64,000 bases of DNA from a bacterium (GTDB lineage Bacteria > Hinthialibacterota > Hinthialibacteria > Hinthialibacterales > Hinthialibacteraceae): assembly GCA_963663405.2 (NCBI GenBank), contig CAXXSM010000070.1:47923-111922 (forward strand). Reading direction: 5' to 3'. Position numbers and translations under genes: made by a program. The notes beneath the pieces are model-generated. The model was not told the origin of the DNA. It saw nothing but the letters and a program-made list of their open reading frames with translations, and searched no databases. This document shows, piece after piece, positions 9,949 through 20,104 of the stretch. Numbering within the stretch: the first letter of the stretch is position 1; every line of letters begins with the position of its first letter.

Positions 9949-12035
9949 TTAGAAGGTATAGGCGACTTTTGTGAAGACGCTGTTTCCTGATTCATCGCCA
10001 TCATCGACGCTGTTGAAGACGAGGTACCAGTGGGCGTTGTGGATGAATTCCCAGCCGTAGATGACGCTGATATTGTGCAGACTGTCGTTCTTATGCTGCA
10101 GAGAAGTTTTCAGCCACATTTTGTCAGTGAAATAGTAATCGAAAACCACTCGGTTCAGCCATACTGTCTCGTCTTCATCCGTAGGAAGGTCTTCAAAGCG
10201 GATGACGAATTCGTAACGGATGGGTAGACGTTCAAATGGATTGATCCGTTTGCCTACAATGTATTCATCGTACTCGGTTTCTTCAAATTCACCTCTCGCC
10301 CATGTGATATCCATTGATTTCCAATAATCCGATTCGTTGATGAGGATTCCCGCGAGAGAGCGGCGGTTGTCGTAGGGGGCGTGGTAATCTTCGGAATGGC
10401 CCATCGTAAAACCAAAATTGTTTTGAAACACCACTCTAGAGTAGTATGCAAAGTCACGGAGGATTGTGGCTCCGCTGTCGTCTTCATAGAGTTCGCTTTC
10501 GAAGGATGTGTAAATACTTTTGTACCATTTATCATCGGACCGGGGATTGTAATGGACTTCGAATTCAGGACCGAAGATATTACGGCGGGGGATATAGCCG
10601 AGGGTGGGATTGAATTCGTCTGTGATTCCCCGGTAACCGAGTGAGAATCCCCAGGGATATTTATCGTACTCGATCGAGGTGTGACCGAGGAAATCGAGAC
10701 TGTCTTTTCCAAAATCATCGGGGGCGGGGCCGGGGCGCTGGCGGTCGTCCGCCGCGGAACCTTGAAAATGTAACCGCACATCGTCATTTAAAAAGAGTTC
10801 GCCATCCATACTGGCGACACGCGAATGTCCGTCTGTGAATTCCGATTCGCTAATATAGTATCCCACCGACGATTTTTCACCCACATTTTGGAGAACGCGG
10901 AAGATCGAGTTGTTGCCATAGCGCGCGTGTCATCGTGTGTGGTGTCTCCGTGAATATTGAAGAAGGCGAATTTGTATCCTTCATAATCTCCACTGACTTT
11001 GGCGCCGGTTTCTATATTGGTGAAACGGCGGCTGTAGTAGAGCCGGTCGCGCATATTGAGAAGCTCTTCCCCTTCGCGGAAGAAGAGGCGTTTTTTCGGG
11101 CAGGAAACGTTCGGTATCGCGCAGCTCGATTGTGTCATCGTCCGCTTCGACCTGGCCGAAATCGGGATTGATGGTCCAGGCGGTGGTGATGGCGGGAGTG
11201 AGGCGGAAATTGGCGTCGACACCGGTTTGGAAGAAAGTGTCAGTATCGCCATCGAAATCCATGCGTGTACTGACGTATGGGGTGATTTCCAAGTTGCGGT
11301 CAAATACGCTGTCCGCCAGATCGAGTCCAGTTAGGTGACCGAAATAGCGTGGTTTGTAGTAATTGGTTTTCGTTGTAACTCCAGAAACTGGTGGTGTCGG
11401 TGCGGCGCAGCATACGGGTGAAATTGAATCCCCATGTTTGGCCGTCTTTGCGGTAATAGTTCAAAATACTGAAGGGGATGCTCATTTCGAAGACCCAGCG
11501 GTCTTCGTAGATTTTCGCTTCGAGTTCCCATTCAGCGGTCCAACCTCGGTTGAAGACGCCTGAGGGGCCTTCGCTGGCGTCGGCTTTTGTACCGAGTGGA
11601 TTGGAGAAGAACGCATATTTGGAACGGTGGGTGTGCGTGGGATCGAAATGGACTTCAACCCAGTCGTCACCTACAAATTCCCGGTCTTCCCGGCGTTCGC
11701 TGGCGTGGATTTCCTCGATGTTGTCGTCGAAACATTCGACTGCGATGTAGAGATGGGTTTTCGTATAGGCGACACGGGCGGTAGTTTGTTGTTCGGCGGG
11801 TTGTCCAGTGCGGATATCGATGAAATTCGACGTGACTTCGGCTTCCCGCCAAAACGGCTCATCCAAGACGCCATCAACAGTGATGGGGCGCGTCTGTTTT
11901 ATATGCGCGGAAGGATGGGACATTCGCGTTTGGATCTTTATGCGCCCATGCCGTCAGGCTGAATGAGCAGAAAAGAAAACCACACAGTAATGGAATACAA
12001 AAAGAGGATTCAATCGGACCAATATTAATTTTCAT
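9949..12035 (-). CDS. CBM9-like + outer-membrane beta-barrel protein (DUF5916-like), fragmented by several frameshifts
   Basis: Signal peptide; VDGVLDEPFW...EMSIPFSIL...WGFNF CBM9-like domain; TINPDFGQVEAD...EKR.FF.EG..YYSRR motif; C-terminal KVAYTF. Confidence 0.75.
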
Positions 12036-12141
12036 ACTTTCCCACATCAATGCATCGTCAGTAAAAAACAAAAGTGTTGGAAGTTTGGCTTCAATTTATT
12101 ACGCTGTCAACCGGAACGCAGGGAGGGAAGGTATTTATCAA

Positions 12142-13166
12142 TTAGTGAAGTATGGATTGTATGAAGGCGGTGAACTGGTTGATATCTTCGGGGGTCGTGT
12201 CAAACGATGTCATCCAGCGAACTTCGTTTATGGCTTCATTCCAGACATAGAAAAAGAATTGCTTCTGTAGTTCAGGAATGCAGTTTTTGGGAAGGGTGGC
12301 GAAAATCGCGTTGGATTCAACTTTTTGTGTGATTTGAATTGGTGGGATTTTTTTGTATTTGTTGATGGAGCAGCGCGGTCATTTCGTTCGCCCGCTGTGC
12401 GTTGCGCAGCCAGAGATCGTTGGTGAGATAGGCGGTGTATTGAGCGGCGATGAAACGCATCTTGGACGCGAGCTGCATTCCTTGTTTGCGGATGTATTTG
12501 AAATCATGTGTCAGCCCGTTCTGAAAAAATAGAATACATTCGCCGAACATCAATCCATTTTTTTGTCCCGCCGAAGGAGATGACGTCGACTCCTGCGTCT
12601 GTTGTGATCTGGCGCAGGTTTAGTCCTAAATGCGCGGCGGCGTTAGCCAATCTCGCGCCATCCATGTGCAGCAGCATATTGTGTTTATGCGCGAAATCGG
12701 CGAGTGTTATAATTTCATTTGGTTGATAAACTCCACCCAGTTCCGTTGCTTGTGTGATGGAGATGACTTTCGGTTGGGAATGGTGTTCGAAATCGAAGCC
12801 ATGCATGTGTTGCTGGATTCCCTCGATTGTAAGTTTTCCGTCCGGGGAGGGGACGGTGAGTAACTTACATCCAGTGAAGCGTTCAGGGGCGCCGCATTCG
12901 TCGTTATGAATATGGGATGATTCCACGCAGATGATGGAGTGGAATGGATTCGTGATTTGATCCAATCCCAGCACATTCGCGGCGGTTCCAGCGAAGACGA
13001 AGAAAGGCTCTGCCTCGTCTCCGAAGTGTTCCTTGATTTTATCGATGGCGTTGTGTGTCCAGGGATCGTCTCCATAGGCGATGGCGTGATCTGTATTGGC
13101 GGAGAGGATGGCGTCCATGATTTCTGGATGGACGCCGGAATTGTTGTCGCTGGCGAAGCTTCGCAT
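12142..13166 (-). CDS. ltaE: Low-specificity L-threonine aldolase (PLP), split by two homopolymer insertions
   Basis: FASDN, GTAAN, HMDGAR, SFGGTK-NG (extra A at ~12560), SKMRF, VRWMTSFDTT; stop TAA at 12142. Confidence 0.85.
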
Positions 13167-13380
13167 GTTTTTCTTGATCCTTTTGGTGTTTATTATGGTT
13201 AACTGGATTATCGCCAGGGCAGAAAAACGCCTTGCCCTGGGTACCAACGAAACTGGCATCGCGTGTTTTTCTTGATCCTTTTAGTGATTGTAATGGTTAA
13301 CTTACTTTTTCGGATTATCGCCTGGGTAGAAAAAAGTAAAAAGCTCCGGCGCGAGCGCCGGTACATGCCCTGGGTACCCG
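13161..13380. repeat. Imperfect ~100-bp tandem duplication of the ltaE start region plus REP-like palindrome
   Basis: tcgcatgtttttcttgatccttttggtg (13161) vs tcgcgtgtttttcttgatccttttagtg (13259); both continue atggttaact..ggattatcgcc..tgccctgggtacc. Confidence 0.75.
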
Positions 13381-13546
13381 GTTTTAAAATATTTTGTGAT
13401 CTATGATGCCTTTGATTTTACGGAATGTATATGGCAAGGGGGGAAAATTGAATCATAGCGTCTTTCTATGGACGCCGCCCGTTCAACATGAAATAGATAA
13501 GAGTCGCGCTGTTTATTACTTTTTAACTAATTCTGCTTACTTTTGT

Positions 13547-13589
13547 GGGTGCACGCCAGGGCAGATGAAAAACCTTGCCCTGGCCACCC
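13547..13589. repeat. REP-like palindrome, family B
   Basis: gggt..ccagggca-gatgaaaaacct-tgccctgg.caccc; 27 bp identical to 33378-33404. Confidence 0.75.
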
Positions 13590-13640
13590 TGTATGCTTTT
13601 TCTTGCCTTAGCCATCTTGCATGCTTTATTTGGTTCGCTG

Positions 13641-16314
13641 TTAGCGCAATGACCAATCATCTACCGCTGTTGGGCGTTCGATGAAGTTGATTCGTTCGAT
13701 TCCACCGGATTCCCAGGGGAATGTTGGGTGATTGCCGGCGAACCAGTGGAGTACGCCTTCATCGTAATCAATGGCGAGGACTTGGAATCCTACTTGATCG
13801 CCTGTCTGAGGAGGAAAGACATCACTGATGAAATCGCCCTGCATCGCTCCCCAAGGGATTTTGATCTCCACCGTCCAATCCTGTGTTTCCGGATCGACGC
13901 TGGCGGCGAAGGTTGAATCGTCCATGATATCGTTTGTGATCCAGCCGTCGAAATCGTTTTTCGCGTCAATTTCACCAGCTCCATTGTCTGGGGCGATGGT
14001 GGGGATATACATGTTTGTTGTTTGGGTTTCATCGGGTGATTCGGCGAAAACGAATTGGAGGGTGTCCGATCCATTCGGGTAGGGACCGACGTAGGAGTAA
14101 TTATCATCCTGAGCGGATATCGCCGCGTAGAAGAATTCATCGTCCCAAAGGAAATAATATGTCGCGCTGAAATCTTCCAAGGGAGTTTTCCCGCATTCCG
14201 GAGGATGAATTGGCTCCCGCATGAATCATGTCGGGGGAAGTAGGGATCAGGGGATACGCATTCAGGGTTTTCGGAATTGATTACCATGGCTTGCGCGCCT
14301 TCGTATTCTTCCGGGTCGTGACGGAGCCGTCGATTGTGATGACTTGATCGGGGAGCCGTTTGACCGCATTGACCGGCCAGCCGCTTTCGGGCGCGTTTCC
14401 TGATACTGTTGCAAAGAGGTCGTCGACGTAGACCGAGGTTCCAGCGGGGGATTTTTTGAATAGAGTTGGATCGCCATTTTGAGTCCGATCACTGGGATCG
14501 AAGATTAAGGCGAAGGCTGAATTCAAATGGAACCCACTGATCAAATACGGGATCGGTGATACTGCCCCACATTGTTTTTCGGTTACGCCATCCCATTCTT
14601 GGATTCGGAACCACAAGTGAGAATCGGCGTCCCATGAGGGATGCGGGAACATAGTAGTATCCTTTCAACGTGACGATGGAGCCGCTTGGAATCTCCAGCC
14701 CATCTTCTACGTCTTGAACCACCGCATGGTATTGATCGCTGCCGAGGCCTTGAATTTCCAGAGCCGTGGCGCCGGAGAAAAACCATATCCGTTGTCAGCG
14801 CGAAATTGTCGATGGTTTCCGGCTCCTTCATGGCGCCACGCCGGGTTCGAGAGCGCCTTCGAAACCGTTGTTCTCGACCCGCTTCGTCAATGAAACGAAT
14901 CCAGTCGATTTCAACGGTATAATCGACGGGAGAGAGAAATCGCCAAAGTCGTAGCGGATATAATTGAACCAGCCATCCCAGCTGCCGCTTAAATCCTGGT
15001 AGATTACGAACCACTCACCTTCAACGGGAACGGTGTATGCAAGGGAAGAATGCCCGCCTTCCACGGGGAACCAGTAATTGTTGTAGCCACTGAGATCCGC
15101 GCCGGAGGAGATGCGCATGCGGGCGGCGATTCCTTTCATGCTGTCCGCGTTATAGGCGGCCGGTGGGGCTTTCCAAGTAGGGATCGTTGGTATCCGCGGC
15201 GATGGAGACGGTCAAGATCCCGTCCGCCACGTCCAGACTTGTGATGCCGTTTCCAATTTCCCAGCCGTTGGTGTCTCCGTCTGTGTTGAATTCCCAATTG
15301 GCGTCCGGCCAACGGAAATAATCCACTTCTTCGGGTGGGGGCTTTGACGTCGACGAAGATGTCATCGAAGTAAAAGACCTGTCCGCTGGGATTTTTTGGA
15401 GTAGAGTTCCACGATCAGTTTTTTCACGTTTCTTCCGGTTCGTATTGGAGTGTCAGCCGGCTTTCAAAATCGAACCATTCATCAAAGACTGTGACTTCAA
15501 TGGGAGGGCTAAGGTTTTCGTGTAGTTCCATCCGATTCATTGACTCGAAACCAGAGTTCGGAGGAATCATCCCAGGCGTCCGCTGGGATTCGGGCGGCGC
15601 CAACCACCGCGACGGTCATGCCCTTTTCCAACGCAAGGCCATCGAACACTGGTTGGGAGAGACCATGATATCGATCGCTGCCTAAGCCGGTCACTTCCAC
15701 CGAATAAAATTCGGAGTACCAGTCGTTGTCTATGACTTCGAAGGAACTAATGTCGCCTTCACCGATTGGCTCCCAGGGATCAAGGGTTTCGAACTCAAAA
15801 TTGTTTGTTTTCGAGGCGGTCATCCACCAAGCGGATCCAGTCGATTTCAATCGTGTATTCTTCAGGAACGAAATTGGCGAAATCAACGCGGATGGAGCTG
15901 ATTTCCCCTTCCCAGATCATGGGGCTGTCGCCTCCTGCCGCGGTAAGGAGATCGATATAGACAATATTCCATTCGTCCGGAACAAGAATATCGTAATCAG
16001 CGCTGCCGTGTGAACCAGCCGAAGGGAAATAGTAGACCGCCGGTCCACCCAGGCTGAATATATCGTATGAACAGCGCATTTTCATTTCGACACCGGTGAT
16101 CCGGTCACCGTCGTAGGGGCCAACCGGACCTGTGATAAAGGGATCGTTCGTGTCCGCCGGGATGGTTACGATCAATTTGCCATCTATGGCTTCGACGGAC
16201 TGAATGACGCCGTTTTTTTTGCCAGCCTTCGCGTTCTCCGTCAACGTTAAATTCCCAGGACCACGCGGGCGCGGCGGCGAAAAGGCATATTGTGTACAAC
16301 CATAGTTTTTTCAT
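13641..16314 (-). CDS. Secreted multi-carbohydrate-binding-module protein (~890 aa: [WEFN beta-sandwich + CBM4-like]x2 + CBM9/DOMON-like), fragmented by many frameshifts
   Basis: Signal peptide MKKLWLYTICLFAAAPAWS; duplicated motifs WEFNxDG..GW, ADTNDP, EIDWIR, GLGSDxYH, LWFR, LYSKNP across ORF fragments; WTVEIKIPW; SD aggag. Confidence 0.7.
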
Positions 16315-16354
16315 ACTTGTTCTCCTACATTCTCGTTATGATGTTCGTTTCGCA

Positions 16355-16384
16355 ATGGTATCGAATGGATGGACAAGCTGTCAA
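16355..16384 (-). promoter_or_regulatory. sigma70-type promoter of the multi-CBM gene
   Basis: TTGACA-N18-TACCAT on the minus strand. Confidence 0.45.
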
Positions 16385-16430
16385 GAGAGGGGATACAAAT
16401 GTGTGAATGGGGAGGAATTGAGGATGCGTA

Positions 16431-17297
16431 TCAACTGCGCCAGGGATTATCCAAATAGACCATGTTAGTCCTGATTTTTTTCTTTGAAACTGGAGAGGCG
16501 GGAACGGATTGAGCGTGTGTGATATGAGGGCGGATCTGTTCGCATTTGTGAATCAGGTCTTCCCGGACCGCCGCAAGGGAATGTTGCTGGCGGTTCAGGG
16601 AATTAATATTTTCTTGACTCGTTTCAAGGGTTTGGACGCATTTTTGAAGCATCTCTTTGATTTTCTCTGTGTCATTGGGGATAGAGATCGCTCCGGTGGT
16701 GTCTGTAAATTGGATTTCTAAATGAGCCAGTGTGTCGCGCACCTGTTTGATTCGGTCTCTGTCCTGAAGCCGGATCGAAATTTCTGTGATAAGACTGCTG
16801 ACCGCAGTAATATGACGAACCTGCAAGTCCCGGTACGTATGGACGATCTCTTCCCAGCATTTGCTAAGATGGATCCGGTAATACAAGGATTGATGGATGT
16901 CAGGGAGGAGTATTTTTATAGAGTCAATTAATTCAGGAGGGTAATAGAATTGATTTTTCTCGTCTATGACATACAGAAAATCAGAGAGGGTTTCTGGTCG
17001 TTCGAATTGCGTGATTGAAGTGTCTAGCGATGAATTCGTTTCTTGAGCGCGTTTAATTTTATTATCGATGGTACCCAGCGCATAACGGGCTTCACTGGCC
17101 ACCAACATATTCGTGTGTATGGTTTCCAGGTTTTGTTGTCTGGTTTTTATATCCAAGGCGCCCTCTTCGTGCATTTGATCCGCGTAATCACTTGTAGAGG
17201 CGCTGGAGCGGTCGATGAAGTGATAGATTTCAATGGCTTCGCTGTCGAATAAGAGCGATCGTATATCATCAGGCCATTCGAGTTGTGGATTGTTCAT
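16431..17297 (-). CDS. Hypothetical coiled-coil protein, translationally coupled to the upstream kinase-like gene
   Basis: 288-aa ORF with heptad-like helical content; 4-nt overlap with 17294..18643. Confidence 0.7.
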   Translation of the reverse strand: MNNPQLEWPDDIRSLLFDSEAIEIYHFIDRSSASTSDYADQMHEEGALDIKTRQQNLETIHTNMLVASEARYALGTIDNKIKRAQETNSSLDTSITQFERPETLSDFLYVIDEKNQFYYPPELIDSIKILLPDIHQSLYYRIHLSKCWEEIVHTYRDLQVRHITAVSSLITEISIRLQDRDRIKQVRDTLAHLEIQFTDTTGAISIPNDTEKIKEMLQKCVQTLETSQENINSLNRQQHSLAAVREDLIHKCEQIRPHITHAQSVPASPVSKKKIRTNMVYLDNPWRS

Positions 17298-18643
17298 TTG
17301 CCATTATTTCCTTTAACGATATCTCGAATTGTCTCTAGAAGTTCTTCTTTTGCGAAAGGTTTGCGAAGAAAACGTGTTTTATGATCGAGAGGGAAGTACT
17401 CATTGACCGTTTCTTCGTTGTTGAGTGTGCTGTGGAATATCAGCCTGGCGTCAGGTTTTCTCTCCCGGATTCGAATGGCGACTTTCAATTCCGTAATCAT
17501 CAATCCAAAGATATCAAGGAGGAAGACATCAATGTCCTGAAGATCGAGGGTCGCCAAGGACTGTTCCAATTCAATGATGTTTCGGAAGAGAAGAGTTTGA
17601 TGGCCAACTTCTTCTAAAATCGTTTGAATAAAATCGCAGATGCGAGGTTGGTAATCGAATAAAAGAATTTTAAGCGTTTCTGGATGTTGAACAGGTTGAT
17701 AAGGATCGAGTTTCGCGTCGCGAAGAGAGACCAAAGGAAGCGGCCATTGCAGACGTTGTAGTGGAACTTGCATCGAAGCGATTACACTTTTTCCATTTGT
17801 GTTGGAAAGGATCAATTCTCCACCCCAGTTGTGCACAAGCGCTTGAGATGATTGAAGGGCCAGATCGTATAAAAAAGAATTCATTCCACAACGCAAGGAT
17901 AAACTACAGGTTTTCGATTGATCTTCTGGGGCCTCTGATTCAATTGGCTGCACTTCGATGGAGATGAGAATATTTTGTTGGTACGCCTTGTTTTTCTGGG
18001 TGGAATTTTGTTTGGCGGGCGTGATATGAACGACTACTTCTTTTTGGGTTGTGGTGATACGATCGAGCGCGACGACCAGTAGAAAGAGAATTACTTCTTT
18101 GAGCCCCGGATCGGGCACTTCAAAGACGGGGAGTGATGGATCGGTTTGGAGCCGGACGGTACAATCCGGTTGAAACAAGGTATGGCATATTGAGATAATA
18201 TCGGCGATAAAGCAGAACGCGTCGGAATTTTTCTTGATAAACGCCCCGTTTTCCGAGAGAGTGAGAATTGTATTCATGAGCGTTTGGGAATCGAGGCAAC
18301 ATTGGAGAGCGCGTTCCAGATAGCTTTCCACTTTTTCGGAGTTGGATGAAAATCGTTTCGCCAAGGTGGTCAAACCGACAATGCCTGTCGATAGATTGTT
18401 CACCTTGTGCATGAATTTTCGAGAGAGAACACCTAGGATCGCGCAATGCAGGATTTCTCGAAGTTCGTTTTCGGAAGAGGGGAGCGGGCCAATCCCGTCC
18501 GGGGGATATGGTTGAAGGCACGGAGCTCCACGTATGCTGAAACCGGCTTCGATTACATTTTCCGTTTGAGTGGTTCGATGAAAATCGACACCGGTGATAT
18601 CATTGCAGTTCGTACGCATTTCTTCCATAATGACCTTTTGCAC
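17294..18643 (-). CDS. Degenerate hybrid histidine kinase/receiver protein
   Basis: HisKA-like FMHKVNNLSTGIVG; eroded HATPase; C-terminal receiver domain ILLFD...FLLD...HST...FLRKPF. Confidence 0.7.
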   Translation of the reverse strand: MQKVIMEEMRTNCNDITGVDFHRTTQTENVIEAGFSIRGAPCLQPYPPDGIGPLPSSENELREILHCAILGVLSRKFMHKVNNLSTGIVGLTTLAKRFSSNSEKVESYLERALQCCLDSQTLMNTILTLSENGAFIKKNSDAFCFIADIISICHTLFQPDCTVRLQTDPSLPVFEVPDPGLKEVILFLLVVALDRITTTQKEVVVHITPAKQNSTQKNKAYQQNILISIEVQPIESEAPEDQSKTCSLSLRCGMNSFLYDLALQSSQALVHNWGGELILSNTNGKSVIASMQVPLQRLQWPLPLVSLRDAKLDPYQPVQHPETLKILLFDYQPRICDFIQTILEEVGHQTLLFRNIIELEQSLATLDLQDIDVFLLDIFGLMITELKVAIRIRERKPDARLIFHSTLNNEETVNEYFPLDHKTRFLRKPFAKEELLETIRDIVKGNNGK

Positions 18644-18654
18644 CTTTCATACAA

Positions 18655-18676
18655 ATGAGGTTTTTCTTAACCTCAT
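18655..18676 (-). terminator. 8-bp hairpin after the small ORF (weak terminator candidate)
   Basis: atgaggtt-N6-aacctcat followed by ttgt on the minus strand. Confidence 0.3.
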
Positions 18677-18695
18677 GCAACGCAATGGGCGAAAA

Positions 18696-18800
18696 TTACA
18701 CGCAGCCAATAACAAATAATGAATCGTAGAAAGAAATAGGCGCTGAAGTATCACGATGGAGTATAAAAAATGATTGAATGCGAATGCGTGGACTGCTCAT
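18696..18800 (-). CDS. 34-aa small ORF MSSPRIRIQSFFILHRDTSAPISFYDSLFVIGCV
   Basis: Strong SD GGAGG 9 nt before the ATG, downstream of a sigma28-like promoter; below the ORF-track cutoff. Confidence 0.45.
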   Translation of the reverse strand: MSSPRIRIQSFFILHRDTSAPISFYDSLFVIGCV

Positions 18801-18960
18801 GGTTCGTATCCTCCGTGATACTGTAGGCCCAACATCCTTGCTGGGTTTAATGTTCCCACCTTCCATCGGATCGGGAACGATCTGTGTGTGTGTTCGCCGT
18901 ATTAAAACGAATTTGGAATTCCCTAGCTCATCCTGGAGCCAGCGATGTGAATCCCCATAT
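18801..18960 (-). promoter_or_regulatory. Structured leader with multiple CsrA/RsmA-type GGA hairpins
   Basis: Minus strand: ctggctc-CAGGAT-gagctag, gttccc..ATGGAA..gggaac, cccagca-AGGA-tgttggg, and ACGGAGGA over the SD; G-U pairs form only on the minus strand. Confidence 0.6.
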
Positions 18961-18991
18961 TAACAATTTCAGTAGTAAAACTTTATCGGAA

Positions 18992-19018
18992 TTATCGACC
19001 GTTCAAAAACGAACTTAA
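18992..19018 (-). promoter_or_regulatory. sigma28 (FliA/SigD)-type promoter
   Basis: TTAAGTTC-N11-GTCGATAA vs consensus TAAAGTTT-N11-GCCGATAA. Confidence 0.6.
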
Positions 19019-19192
19019 GTTTATCATTATTTAACTTATATTCAAGATAATTTTATAAAAAAGTTCCCCACGGAGAAAAGCGTTTATCTTTTTGGAGGAA
19101 AACTGCGATTTTTCTCTTTTAATATGTGAATATCAGGCTGTAACGCTCTTTCTTTCTATTTTGTGGAATTGGGTAGTTTCTCTGTGAAATTA

Positions 19193-20089
19193 TTAATCGA
19201 AGCGGGTGATTCCTTCTTCGATCGCGATTTGTTTAGCTTCGATCACTTCGGTGATTGTGACGGGCCGGTTGATCTTTGGAACGGTGGAGGCCTGCCAACA
19301 GGGATGGTATTGGCCCATGATATTGACGAATGTTTTTGGGGAGATTTCCCGCGCCAAAAAACGCATGGCTTGACGGGTTCCCGCCAGGCCATTTGGAAGC
19401 ACGAGATGACGGATTAAAAGCCCGCGTTGCGCTACGCCTTTCGTATCGATTTTCAGATCGCCCACTTGACGGCGCATTTCAGCGATGGCTTTTTGGTTGA
19501 TCTCTGGATACTCGGCTGCGCCGGAGAGCTGCGCCGCTGTTGTTGGATCGCTGTATTTCATGTCGGGCATATAGATATCCACAATACCATCTAACAGGAG
19601 TAAAGTTTCAACGGATTCGTAACCGCCGCAGTTATACACGATTGGCAGTTGGAATCCGTTTTCGGCGGCGATCGCAAGGGCGTCCAGGATTTGGGGGACG
19701 ACATGCGTTGGAGTGACAAGGTTGAGATTATGGCAGCCCGTTTCTTGAAGTGTCAATGCGAGAGAGGCGAGGACGGGCGCGTCGTGGGGGGCGCCTTCCT
19801 GGAGATGGCTCAAGGTGTAATTTTGGCAGAAGACGCAGCTAAGATTGCAGCCGGAGAAGAAGATCGTTCCCGAACCGCGAGTTCCGCTTAAGCATTGTTC
19901 CTCTCCATGATGGGGGAATGCGGATGATACAATCGCTTGCGAACCGGTTCCACATTGACCGGTTTCGTTCTGAAGGCGTAGAGCGCCGCATTCGTGGGGA
20001 CAAAGACGGCAGGGGGACATCCGCTCCCTCGCGAGACGGGCGCGTTCTTTTAGGAGATGGGGATCGAGTGTGGAATTTGAGGATGTCAC
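19193..20089 (-). CDS. Radical SAM protein, PflX-like
   Basis: CRLCPHEC, HHGEEQCLSG..GSGTIFFSGCNLSCVFCQN, IRHLVLP, MGQYHP. Confidence 0.88.
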   Translation of the reverse strand: MTSSNSTLDPHLLKERARLARERMSPCRLCPHECGALRLQNETGQCGTGSQAIVSSAFPHHGEEQCLSGTRGSGTIFFSGCNLSCVFCQNYTLSHLQEGAPHDAPVLASLALTLQETGCHNLNLVTPTHVVPQILDALAIAAENGFQLPIVYNCGGYESVETLLLLDGIVDIYMPDMKYSDPTTAAQLSGAAEYPEINQKAIAEMRRQVGDLKIDTKGVAQRGLLIRHLVLPNGLAGTRQAMRFLAREISPKTFVNIMGQYHPCWQASTVPKINRPVTITEVIEAKQIAIEEGITRFD

Positions 20090-20104
20090 GATTAATCCCT
20101 TTTG

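Noticed and set aside
9500-16320. Alternative genetic code or stop readthrough explaining the fragmented genes
   Set aside because: The breaks are frame changes, not in-frame stops; TGA, TAG and TAA all terminate conserved genes (fusA, rplE, rpsS, tuf).
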